From a virus (taxonomy: Duplodnaviria; Caudoviricetes), in IMG/VR virus record IMGVR_UViG_3300047403_000174, positions 1 through 26,166 of that record: a DNA stretch of 26,166 bases; one strand, written 5' to 3'. Positions 8,542 to 16,878 of this stretch are shown here, piece by piece (positions within the stretch are counted from its first letter, which is position 1; every line of letters starts with the position of its first letter). A model generated the notes under the pieces. It saw only the letters and a list, made by a program, of their open reading frames with translations, ran no database searches and was not told where the DNA came from. Both the position numbers and the translations under genes were made by a program.

Positions 8542-10151
8542 ACATCGACATTAACTCCGGAGCGCCCACGTCCGCGCTGGGCGGGTTGGAAGGTGCCAGC
8601 ACCAATTCGCGGCGCATGGCCTCCTGGATCGCGCCCACCGGATCGGCGGATCAGATTATCAACCGAGCGAAGCCGACAGCGGACGATCGAGGGCGAGACC
8701 TGGCGCGGAACGACGCGACGGTCGCCAATGTCGTCTCCACGCACCGGAACAGCATCGTTGGCGCGCGCTACGACCTGAATGCCAACCCGGATTGGGAGAC
8801 TCTGGGCGCGACAGAGGACTGGGCGGAGGAGTTCCGCCGTGTGGCCGAGGCCAAATTCGGGCTGTACGCCGAGAGTCCGCAGGCATGGATCGACGCGGGC
8901 CGCCGCTGGACCCTGACGGAGTTGTTGCGCCTCGGCGTGGCGTCGCAAGTGCTGTTCGGCGAGGCGATCTTGGTGGCCGAGTGGCTGCGAGATAGCGACC
9001 GTCCGTATCGCACGGCGCTGCAGAAGGTGGCGCCAGCGAGGCTGTCGAACCCGTACAACGTCATGGACGGGCCGAGCCTTCGCAGGGGCATTGAACAGGA
9101 CCGCCGCGGCCGCCCGCTCGCCTACCACTTTCGGCGCGCACATCCGGGAGATTTCGCGGCCGGTCAGGACGCCTACAGTTGGCGCCGGGTCGAGGCACAG
9201 ACGCCATGGGGCAGGCCGCAGGTGTTGCACGTCTACGAAGCACTGGAAGCCGGGCAGAGTCGCGGACTCGCCGATCTGGTTGCCGTTCTGGAAACCTTGA
9301 AAATGACGAAGGATTTCCGAGGCGTGACCCTGGAGAATGCCGTCGTCAACGCATCGTACGCCGCCGCTATTGAGTCGGAGTTGCCTGCTGAGGTTATCGT
9401 CGCGGCGATGGGCGGCGGGACCGGTGCAGCCGCCTGGATGGACCCGGTTGGCGTGTACCTGAACAGCTTGAGCGAATATGCCGGAGAGGCGAACGCCCTT
9501 CGGATGGACGGGGTTCGCATCCCGCATTTATTCCCGGGCACCAAGCTGAATTTGAAGCCAGTCGGTACACCGGGGGGCGTGGGGACAGATTTCGACGCGG
9601 CGCTGCTGCGTCACGTGGCGGCGGGTCTAGGGCTTTCTTACGAAGAACTGTCGAAAGACTACTCGAAGACCAACTATTCTTCTGGGCGATTGGGCGGCCA
9701 AGCCACGGAACGGTTCATGGCAGCCCGGAAAAAGGGCACTGCGGACCGCATGGCGTGGTTCGCCTACACCTTGTGGGTCGAAGAGGAACTGAACTACGGC
9801 GATTCGCTGCCTCGTCTGCCAGGTAAATCGCGCCGCGGCACGTTGCGGGCGTTCTATTCGCCTCTCGGGCGCGAGGCCTTCTGCCGGGCGACCTGGATTG
9901 GTGCGAACGCTGGTCAAATCGATGAGATGAAGGAGACCCAGGCGGCTCTCATGCGAATCCGGGGCGGACTGTCTACCTTGGAGATCGAGTGCGGGCGGCT
10001 GGGCCGGGACTATCGTGAGGTCTTGAGGCAGATGGCGAGAGAGCAAAAATTGGTGCAATCTCTCGATTTGGAATTGGACCACGACGCCACCCGCAAGGGC
10101 AAGGGCGAACAGCAACAGACGTTGCGCGGCGACGCGGAGGACGATGAATGA
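8532..10151 (+). CDS. portal protein, lambda family
   Basis: RGRDLARND, QSRG, YEELSKDYSKTNYSS and IDEMKETQA motifs; size 539 aa; position in the head cluster. Confidence 0.95.
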   Translation: MVLNIDINSGAPTSALGGLEGASTNSRRMASWIAPTGSADQIINRAKPTADDRGRDLARNDATVANVVSTHRNSIVGARYDLNANPDWETLGATEDWAEEFRRVAEAKFGLYAESPQAWIDAGRRWTLTELLRLGVASQVLFGEAILVAEWLRDSDRPYRTALQKVAPARLSNPYNVMDGPSLRRGIEQDRRGRPLAYHFRRAHPGDFAAGQDAYSWRRVEAQTPWGRPQVLHVYEALEAGQSRGLADLVAVLETLKMTKDFRGVTLENAVVNASYAAAIESELPAEVIVAAMGGGTGAAAWMDPVGVYLNSLSEYAGEANALRMDGVRIPHLFPGTKLNLKPVGTPGGVGTDFDAALLRHVAAGLGLSYEELSKDYSKTNYSSGRLGGQATERFMAARKKGTADRMAWFAYTLWVEEELNYGDSLPRLPGKSRRGTLRAFYSPLGREAFCRATWIGANAGQIDEMKETQAALMRIRGGLSTLEIECGRLGRDYREVLRQMAREQKLVQSLDLELDHDATRKGKGEQQQTLRGDAEDDE

Positions 10152-11365
10152 GCGCCCGATTGTTCGATCGGCTGGCCACAACGCTGCAGGCCCAGCCCGT
10201 CTACTTGGCCACTGCCGACGAGTCGGGCGTGCAGCGTGCGCTTGTGGCGCTGGCGGCGGACAAGCCCGTCGATCATCAGGCGCTACGCGCGGAGACCGAG
10301 GCAGCCTATGGCAGTGACGGCCTGTCGGAGAAACCGTTCGTGTTCGCGGCCGGGGTCGCGGTGGTCCCGGTTCACGGGCTGCTGATCAACCGCTTTCTTG
10401 GCTCCTGGGGCTTCATCACCGGCTACGAGCATGTCCAACGGATGACAGAACTGGCGGAGAGCGATCCGGACGTTCGTGCCATCCTGTACGACATCCACTC
10501 GCCGGGCGGGTTGGCGACGGGCACGCTGGAGACCTGGCAGACGATTCGCGCGGCGAAGAAGCCAACCGTGGCCATGGTCGACTCGGCGGCCTATTCGGCG
10601 GCCTATTTCCTGGCCTCGGCGGCGAAGAAAATCTACATCACACCAACCGGCGGCGCGGGGTCGATCGGCGCCTATCGGATGCGAGTCGACTTCACCAAGG
10701 CGCTGGAGACTGAAGGAGTTAAAGTCGACATCATTTTTGCCGGGGCGAACAAACTGGACGGGCACCCGATGACGGAGATGTCCGACGAAGAGCGCGCTCG
10801 GCACCAAGCATCCGTCGACGAGGCCTATGAAACCTTTGTTCAGGCCGTGGCGACTGGACGACGGTTGGCACCCGAATCAGTGCGAGCCACAGAGGCCGGG
10901 TGTTTTGGCGCGGCGGAGTGCTTGCGCCTTGGACTTGTTGACGGTATCATGGGCGCCCGAGACGCCTTAGCAGCGATGGCGAGGACAGAAAATATCATGT
11001 CGGCAACCGAACCCAACCCGATCGTCAACGTGGCAGAGGTCCGTGCCGCGGAGCGCCAGCGTTTCAACGGCATCATGTCGTCGGAAGCGGCGAAGACACG
11101 TCCGATCCTGGCGGCGTATCTGGCAGGCGAGACCGAACTGACGGTCGAGCAAGCGCTGGGAGTGCTCGCTACCGCTGAGAAGGACAAGCCGATCGTCGCC
11201 GCAGCGGAGGAAAACCCGCTGGAGGCCGCCATGAATCGGCAGGGTTCGCCGAACGTGGGGGACGATCCTGACACCGATACGCAGCCGGCCCATTTGGCCG
11301 CGGCGCAACGCATCCTGAGCGCGCACCGCGCGGCGACTGGAATTTCGCACGTCACCAAGCAGTAA
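10148..11365 (+). CDS. prohead protease, S49 (SppA/ClpP-like), with C-terminal scaffold region
   Basis: IHSPGG, AYSAAY (catalytic Ser) and GSIG motifs, then an Ala-rich helical C-terminal region (AERQRFNGIM). Confidence 0.93.
   Translation: MSARLFDRLATTLQAQPVYLATADESGVQRALVALAADKPVDHQALRAETEAAYGSDGLSEKPFVFAAGVAVVPVHGLLINRFLGSWGFITGYEHVQRMTELAESDPDVRAILYDIHSPGGLATGTLETWQTIRAAKKPTVAMVDSAAYSAAYFLASAAKKIYITPTGGAGSIGAYRMRVDFTKALETEGVKVDIIFAGANKLDGHPMTEMSDEERARHQASVDEAYETFVQAVATGRRLAPESVRATEAGCFGAAECLRLGLVDGIMGARDALAAMARTENIMSATEPNPIVNVAEVRAAERQRFNGIMSSEAAKTRPILAAYLAGETELTVEQALGVLATAEKDKPIVAAAEENPLEAAMNRQGSPNVGDDPDTDTQPAHLAAAQRILSAHRAATGISHVTKQ
10997..11365 (+). CDS. putative nested scaffold protein (Nu3-like, 122 aa)
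   Basis: In-frame ATG at 10997 preceded by GAGGA (10981-10985) and an A/T-rich spacer, right after the protease domain. Analogy to lambda C/Nu3. Confidence 0.6.
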   Translation: MSATEPNPIVNVAEVRAAERQRFNGIMSSEAAKTRPILAAYLAGETELTVEQALGVLATAEKDKPIVAAAEENPLEAAMNRQGSPNVGDDPDTDTQPAHLAAAQRILSAHRAATGISHVTKQ

Positions 11366-11374
11366 GGGGCGACC

Positions 11375-12133
11375 ATGACCACTGTACTCGACTCCGATCT
11401 GGCGAATGGTGACACCAGCGCCGGCTCTTTCACTCCAAGCCAGTTCGTGCTGGGCGGCCCGCTTCTGACGCAGCCGGTCGTCGTGCTGACGGGAGAAAAC
11501 CTGCCGAAGTATGCTGCGATCGGGCTGAACACCGCCGGCAAGGCGGTCGCGTGGGACCCGACCGCTTTGGCCCGAACCGGCGACCGGTTCGCTACAGGCG
11601 TCTTGACCTTCGGCGGTCAACCGACGGCCGACGACACGCTGACCATCAATGGGCACGCGATCACCTTTAAGGCGAGCGGCGCGACCGGAGCGCAGGTCAA
11701 CATCGGCGGTACGGCAACGCTGACCGCCACGGCGGTTCTGACCTATCTGAACGCCAACACTTCGACGGTCGCCGTCACCGCTCGCCAGAACGGCACCCGG
11801 CTGACGCTGGAGGCCAATACGGCCGGGGCGGTTGGCAACGCTGTCACCCTCGCCAAGTCTGGGGACTACCCCACTCTATCCGCTGCGACCCTGACCGGAG
11901 GCGCCGATGACACTTCGGTCCCCGCGGCTGAGTCCACTTTGGCCGGGTTCCTGGCGCAAGCAGTGAACGCCACTTCGGCCGACGTATCGGGACCGGCCTT
12001 CATGGGCGGCACCTTCAACTACAACTTGATCGACTGGGGGGACCATGAACCCGCCTCGATCTACGCCGCACAGTCTGCGTGTGTCGGGACCAAGTTGACG
12101 GTCTCGGTGCCCGGCGAACTGGCTTCGGTCTGA
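11375..12133 (+). CDS. head decoration protein (gpD-like) with a 107-aa inserted domain
   Basis: Lies between protease and capsid genes. Flanks AVAWDP and GGTFNYNLIDW fit lambda-type decoration proteins; aa 73-179 are an insertion. Confidence 0.85.
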   Translation: MTTVLDSDLANGDTSAGSFTPSQFVLGGPLLTQPVVVLTGENLPKYAAIGLNTAGKAVAWDPTALARTGDRFATGVLTFGGQPTADDTLTINGHAITFKASGATGAQVNIGGTATLTATAVLTYLNANTSTVAVTARQNGTRLTLEANTAGAVGNAVTLAKSGDYPTLSAATLTGGADDTSVPAAESTLAGFLAQAVNATSADVSGPAFMGGTFNYNLIDWGDHEPASIYAAQSACVGTKLTVSVPGELASV

Positions 12134-12143
12134 GGAGCGCACA

Positions 12144-13175
12144 ATGGAAATCTACGACACCCGGACGCTCCTTGAAGTCATTCGCGTTCAGAAGCCGCTG
12201 ACGCCCTACTGGCTCCAGTGGTTCCCGCGCGAGATGACCTTCGACACGATGGACATCCAGTTCGACCAGGTGGTCGACATGCGGTACATGGCGCCGTTCG
12301 TGGCACCGAACGTGCAGGGCCAGGTCATGCGGGAGGTCGGCCACACGGCCAAGACCTTCCGACCCGCCTATATCAAGGCGAAACACCCGATCACCCCCGG
12401 TCGCGCGCTGCCCCGTCTGGCGGGCGAAGCCCTCACCGGTGAACTCTCTCCGCAACAGCGCCTCGACGCCCTGGTCGCCGAGAACATGCGGATGGAACGC
12501 GAGGCGATCGAGCGCCGGTGGGAGTGGATGGCCGCCAAGGCGATCATCGACGGTCAGGTCACTGTTTCCGGTGAGAACTATCCATCCGTCACCGTGGCAT
12601 TCGGCCGGCACGCCAATCTGTCGGACACCAAGTTGACCACCGAGCGGTGGTCACAGTCGACCAGCACGCCGCTGGCTGACATCGACGAGATGCGGACGGA
12701 GGTATTCACTCGGGCGCGGTCGTCGATCAACCGGCTGACGTTCGGGACGGACGCTTGGACGTATTTCTCTCAGCACGCCGACGTGGTTGATCTTCTGTCG
12801 ACCCAGAAGCGCGGAAGCGACACCGATTTCTCTCTGGTTTCACCGGACCCTGGACCGTTCGAGTTCATGGGGATTCTGCAAGGTCCGGGAGGCATCGGCC
12901 GGCTGGAACTGTATCGGTACCACGATCAGTACGACGCCGACGACGGCACTGCAACGGATGTTCTGGACACCAATACGGTTGTCGGAACCGGGCCGGGAAT
13001 CCAGGGCGTACGTTGCTACGGCGCAATCATGGACTTGGACGCGCTCATGCCTCTGTCCATTTTCCCCAAGATGTGGAAGGAACAGGACCCGTCGGTGCTG
13101 TACACGATGGCACAGTCGGCGCCGCTGATGGTGCCGGCCCAGCCCAACGCCTCCTTCAAGATCAAGGTGCACTGA
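12144..13175 (+). CDS. major capsid protein, lambda gpE family
   Basis: GAGGAG RBS. Motifs MAPFVAP, FRPAYIK, ERRWEWMAAKA, YGAIMD, FPKMW and QSAPL; 343 aa. Confidence 0.95.
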   Translation: MEIYDTRTLLEVIRVQKPLTPYWLQWFPREMTFDTMDIQFDQVVDMRYMAPFVAPNVQGQVMREVGHTAKTFRPAYIKAKHPITPGRALPRLAGEALTGELSPQQRLDALVAENMRMEREAIERRWEWMAAKAIIDGQVTVSGENYPSVTVAFGRHANLSDTKLTTERWSQSTSTPLADIDEMRTEVFTRARSSINRLTFGTDAWTYFSQHADVVDLLSTQKRGSDTDFSLVSPDPGPFEFMGILQGPGGIGRLELYRYHDQYDADDGTATDVLDTNTVVGTGPGIQGVRCYGAIMDLDALMPLSIFPKMWKEQDPSVLYTMAQSAPLMVPAQPNASFKIKVH

Positions 13176-13176
13176 T

Positions 13177-13449
13177 ATGCCGATCCTGGTCGCGATCCAG
13201 AGCATCACAACCAGTCGGGACGGTCGTCGGGTCAAGGTCCGGCCGGGCGACGCTTTCGAGTTCACCGACGAGGAAGCCGGGTCGCTGATGGCGCTCCGGC
13301 CGGAGGTGGTCCGGGCGCCGCTTTACGAAGCGCCTCCGCCCGCCCCGCCGCCCGTCGTGGAGGTGGCGCCCGTTCCGGCCGCACAGCCTGCCCCGGCGAC
13401 GCGATCGGCGGCGAGGGCTGGCGCCGCGACCAAGGGGGACGAACTATGA
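13177..13449 (+). CDS. small post-capsid protein with Pro/Ala-rich tail (paralogue 1)
   Basis: Starts 1 nt after the capsid stop; core VRPGDAFEFTDEEA. It occupies the position of lambda gpFI, but function cannot be established from sequence. Confidence 0.75.
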   Translation: MPILVAIQSITTSRDGRRVKVRPGDAFEFTDEEAGSLMALRPEVVRAPLYEAPPPAPPPVVEVAPVPAAQPAPATRSAARAGAATKGDEL

Positions 13450-13649
13450 TCCGGCGCGCGCTGTGCGAGGTGCGTGTGACACGCAATCGTGTGGAGACAG
13501 TCGTTCATCGCGGAGAGTCATTCGATTTCACCGAGGCGGAAGTTGATTCGATTCTGTCGGCCAGCCCGCGCGCACTCGCTCCTGCCGCCGAGGCGCCCGC
13601 GCCCGAGGTCTATCAGACCCAGAAAACCGGGCAGTCGGACGACCTGTGA
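13446..13649 (+). CDS. small post-capsid protein (paralogue 2)
   Basis: ATGA and GTGA overlaps at its ends. Core VHRGESFDFTEAEV aligns with the upstream gene. Confidence 0.72.
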   Translation: MIRRALCEVRVTRNRVETVVHRGESFDFTEAEVDSILSASPRALAPAAEAPAPEVYQTQKTGQSDDL

Positions 13650-14023
13650 CGGATTGGGCGGACGCCAAACGCGATGCAAGGGCCGCAGTACATGCGGCCT
13701 TTGCTGTTTCTGCGCGCTATCTTGACCCGTTGCTGGCGGCCCCTGTGGCGATCACTGCCCGTTGGCATGCCAAGGGGTTGACGGCCGCCGGAGACATGGG
13801 GAGCGAAGGGTTCGCCGAGATCGTGACCAGGCCGGATCGGCTGCTGTTCTCGCGAGAAGAATTGACGGTTGCCGGAGTGACTTTGCGGCACAACGGTCGA
13901 GTAGAACTGACTGACTACGGCATCGAGGTATTGGTCCTGGACGTCGAGGAGCCGCAGGACGGGCCGGATCGTATTGTCTGGACTGTCAGCCGGGCCTCAC
14001 CGGGTCGGGGCACATTCACGTGA
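13646..14023 (+). CDS. head-tail joining / head closure protein (gpFII-like)
   Basis: Position, 125-aa size and N-terminus WADAKRDARAAVHAAFAVSARY as in Chi-like phages (by recognition). Confidence 0.7.
   Translation: MTDWADAKRDARAAVHAAFAVSARYLDPLLAAPVAITARWHAKGLTAAGDMGSEGFAEIVTRPDRLLFSREELTVAGVTLRHNGRVELTDYGIEVLVLDVEEPQDGPDRIVWTVSRASPGRGTFT
13678..13710 (+). terminator. candidate weak intrinsic terminator inside the 5' end of the head-closure gene
   Basis: Stem GGCCGCA-gtaca-TGCGGCC, extendable by AAG/TTT, followed by TTTGCTGTTTC. The U-tract is imperfect. Confidence 0.35.
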
Positions 14024-14607
14024 CCGTCGAGATCGAACTTGGTGGAGTGCCCCGTCTCGCGGAGTACTTTCGCGACGCGCCGAAGGTGACTCGCCGGGCT
14101 GCTTCCATGGCGATCAACCAAACCGCCATTCGGGTCGGGCTGGGCCGCGCGCGTGCCGAGATGTTGCGAGAGACGGCGTTCCCCCGCGGCTACCTGAACG
14201 ACCCTTCCAGGTTCGGGTTGCGAAAACAGGCCAAACCGGAAGACCTGGAGGCCGTTATTTTCGCCCGGACTCGCCCGACATCCTTGGCGCGGTTTGCAAG
14301 GTGGGGGGCGACTCGGACGGCCGGCGCGACGGTGACAGTTAACCCGGGCGCCCCGAAACAAATCAAACAAGCGTTTCGGGTCAACTTGCGCTCCGGGAAC
14401 GTCGGTCTCGCGGTCCGAGTCGGGCCGGGAGGGGAAGTCCGCAACCGCAAAGTGCCCGCCAAGGTATTCGATTCCGGGATCGCGCTGTTGTACGGCCCAT
14501 CGGTCGACCAGGTGTTCCGGGACGTTCGGCACACGGTTGCCCCAGAGGCCATGACCGCGTTGCAGACCGAATTTCTACGCCAGTTCGTGCGGCTGAGCCG
14601 CACATGA
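14020..14607 (+). CDS. neck / tail completion protein (gpZ-like)
   Basis: Basic 195-aa protein with AASMAINQTA, RPTSLARF and LLYGPSVDQVF; position between head closure and tail terminator. Confidence 0.75.
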   Translation: MTVEIELGGVPRLAEYFRDAPKVTRRAASMAINQTAIRVGLGRARAEMLRETAFPRGYLNDPSRFGLRKQAKPEDLEAVIFARTRPTSLARFARWGATRTAGATVTVNPGAPKQIKQAFRVNLRSGNVGLAVRVGPGGEVRNRKVPAKVFDSGIALLYGPSVDQVFRDVRHTVAPEAMTALQTEFLRQFVRLSRT

Positions 14608-15125
14608 AGGGCATGCCGAAAACTCTGGGAATTCTGCGCGCGCTCACCGCGCTGATCGAGGGCGTCACCCACGGGAACGGTTACGAGTACGACCTGCGCG
14701 GCGCGGTGTTTCGCGGCCGGACTCGATTCGGTGCGGAGACCCGGCTGCCGTGCGTTTCGCTATTGGAGGCGCCGCAAACCGAAGATCAAGCCATTCTGTT
14801 CGCGGGCGAACTGGGTCGCCACACCGTCACCCCGTGGTTGCTGCTGGTCCAAGGGTTTGTCGCGCAGGACCCGGCGCATCCAACCGATCCAGCCTATCCG
14901 CTGATGGCCGCGGTGACACACCGATTGAGCCGGGCCGTGGCGACCAAAGGAAACGGGCAACCGGTTGACCCGGACAACTATCTTCTGGGCCGCAGAGTGT
15001 CCAACGTGAACCTCCGCGCGGGCGTCGTCAGCGGCCCGCGAGAAGGAATCAGCGATCACGCCTTTTTCTACCTGCCGCTTGTGGTAGAATACCCCCACGA
15101 TCCCGAACACCCCTTCGAGGAGTGA
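14604..15125 (+). CDS. tail terminator protein (gpU-like position)
   Basis: YDLRGAVFRGR, LLVQGF and PTDPAY motifs; directly before the tail tube gene. Confidence 0.7.
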   Translation: MKGMPKTLGILRALTALIEGVTHGNGYEYDLRGAVFRGRTRFGAETRLPCVSLLEAPQTEDQAILFAGELGRHTVTPWLLLVQGFVAQDPAHPTDPAYPLMAAVTHRLSRAVATKGNGQPVDPDNYLLGRRVSNVNLRAGVVSGPREGISDHAFFYLPLVVEYPHDPEHPFEE

Positions 15126-15129
15126 CACC

Positions 15130-16215
15130 ATGCCGACAGCAAACCAGACCCTCGGACGGGGGAAGGTCTATTTCAATCGGTTCGTGACCGGCACCTTGGC
15201 CGGCCCCGGAGAACGGTACATCGGGAATACGACCGAGATCACGATGACGACGGCAGTCGAAACGCTGGATCACTACTCCAGTGACTCCGGAGTCCGGGAG
15301 AAAGACATCTCGGTCGAAACTCAGCGGAACCGTACTCTGCGCATCACCACCGACGACATCAGTGCGGAGAACATCGCGCTGTTGCTCGGGAGCGACGCTC
15401 AGTTGCGAGCGACCGCCGGCATCACGGACGACGGTGATACGCTGACAGTCCAACAAGGCCTGTACTACCAGCTTGGCACTCGCGCCAGCCGGCCAGAGGG
15501 CGTCCGGAACGTGACCAACGTCATCGTCCGGGACAACAGCGGCGTGAAGGCGAGCGGCACGCTGACGTTCTCCGGCCAGCCTTCGGCTGACGGCACACTG
15601 ACCATCAACGGTCACGTCATCACCTTCAAGGCGAGCGGCGCGACCGGAGCGCAGGTCAACCTTGGCGGAACGGCAACGCTGACCGCCCAAGCGGTCAAGA
15701 GCTACATCAACGACCATCCGGACGAGACCCAGGTGATCGCGACCGGGGCTTCAACCGTTCTCACTCTGACCGCGGTCACCGCCGGCGTCTGGGGAAATTC
15801 GCTGACCTTGGCGCGGAGCGGCTCCTACCCGGCTCTGTCGGGCGCTACGCTGACAAGCGGCGCTGACGGTGCGGCTATCCCTTCCGCTGACAACTGGACG
15901 GTCGACGCGGCATTGGGCCGGCTGTACATCGAAGAAGACGGGCAGATCGCCGACGGCAGTACGATCGCGGTCACCTATGACGTGACGGCGCACAGCCAAT
16001 CGATCGTGATCTCCGAAAACCAGAAGGTTGAAGGCGCGCTCAGGTTCATCGCGGACAACCCGCGCGGCACCAATCGGATGTATTTCTGGCCCTACGTGCA
16101 GATGTCGCCTGACGGTGACCTGGCACTGAAGGGAGATACCTGGCTGTCGATCACCCTGCGGGGAGAGGTCATGACTCTGAACGCAAACACCAAGCAGGTG
16201 TACACGGACGCCTGA
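15130..16215 (+). CDS. major tail (tube) protein with a 107-aa inserted domain
   Basis: GAGGAG RBS. Motifs LGRGKVYF, ERYIGNT, LDHYSSD, LRFIADNPRG and SPDGDLALKGDTW; aa 141-247 are an insertion. Confidence 0.9.
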   Translation: MPTANQTLGRGKVYFNRFVTGTLAGPGERYIGNTTEITMTTAVETLDHYSSDSGVREKDISVETQRNRTLRITTDDISAENIALLLGSDAQLRATAGITDDGDTLTVQQGLYYQLGTRASRPEGVRNVTNVIVRDNSGVKASGTLTFSGQPSADGTLTINGHVITFKASGATGAQVNLGGTATLTAQAVKSYINDHPDETQVIATGASTVLTLTAVTAGVWGNSLTLARSGSYPALSGATLTSGADGAAIPSADNWTVDAALGRLYIEEDGQIADGSTIAVTYDVTAHSQSIVISENQKVEGALRFIADNPRGTNRMYFWPYVQMSPDGDLALKGDTWLSITLRGEVMTLNANTKQVYTDA

Positions 16216-16216
16216 C

Positions 16217-16648
16217 ATGGCCCTCGCTGACTACACACCAGAGCGAGTGGTCGTAGCGTTCCCGGGCGGAGAGTTCTCTGTCCGGGCGCTTGGCGTCGGG
16301 GACCTCACTGTTGTTTTCCGAGCGTACATGGAAGACATGGAGGCGATCGCCCAGGTCCTGGAGACCAGGATCGGCGGACGGGTTATTACGAAGACCGCCG
16401 GGATCAATTTGGCGATGGATTTGATCCGACTCGCACCAGGGTCCATGGCCATGCTGATCGCCTTGGCGTCCGATGAACCGGCGGCGACGGAACAAGCCAA
16501 GGCCCTGCCGCTGCACGCGCAAGTGGCCGCCCTCGCTGCCATTGCCCGGTTGACGTTCGCCGACGTGGACGGCCTGGGAAATACCTTGGCGGCGCTCCTC
16601 CAGGCAGCCGGGGCGATAGTCCCGAGCGAGTTGCCGCCCCCCACATAG
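16217..16648 (+). CDS. tail assembly chaperone (gpG-like)
   Basis: Lies between tail tube and tape measure genes and carries the in-phase slippery heptamer G GGA AAT at 16576-16582. Confidence 0.85.
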   Translation: MALADYTPERVVVAFPGGEFSVRALGVGDLTVVFRAYMEDMEAIAQVLETRIGGRVITKTAGINLAMDLIRLAPGSMAMLIALASDEPAATEQAKALPLHAQVAALAAIARLTFADVDGLGNTLAALLQAAGAIVPSELPPPT

Positions 16649-16878
16649 CCTGGTACTGGTCGCTTCGGGCGTGCGCCTCGCTCCTTATCGGGAACGGGTA
16701 CCCCCCGAACTACGCCAATTCGATCCCTCTGGCCGTGTTGTGGTCCGAAACCCGGTTGGTGCAGCGTCGTATTCGCCAAGAGCAAGCAACCAGTGCTATT
16801 CTAACGCGCGCTGGCGGGATAGACGTGATGGCGGGCGGAAGCCATCTCAGCGACGCGCTGGAGAAACTGGATGGTTGA
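16582..16878 (+). CDS. -1 frameshift extension of the tail assembly chaperone (gpGT-like), absent from the ORF track
   Basis: The -1 frame is open from the slippery site to TGA 16876-16878: YLGGAPPGSRGDSPERVAAPHIAWYWSLRACASLLIGNGYPPNYANSIPLAVLWSETRLVQRRIRQEQATSAILTRAGGIDVMAGGSHLSDALEKLDG. Confidence 0.8.
   Translation, partial: YLGGAPPGSRGDSPERVAAPHIAWYWSLRACASLLIGNGYPPNYANSIPLAVLWSETRLVQRRIRQEQATSAILTRAGGIDVMAGGSHLSDALEKLDG

Noticed and set aside
11591-15870. Repeated segments as a diversity-generating retroelement template/variable pair, or as inteins
   Set aside because: Differences are not adenine-specific, both copies are coding, no reverse transcriptase is in the window, and the inserts lack intein terminal residues.
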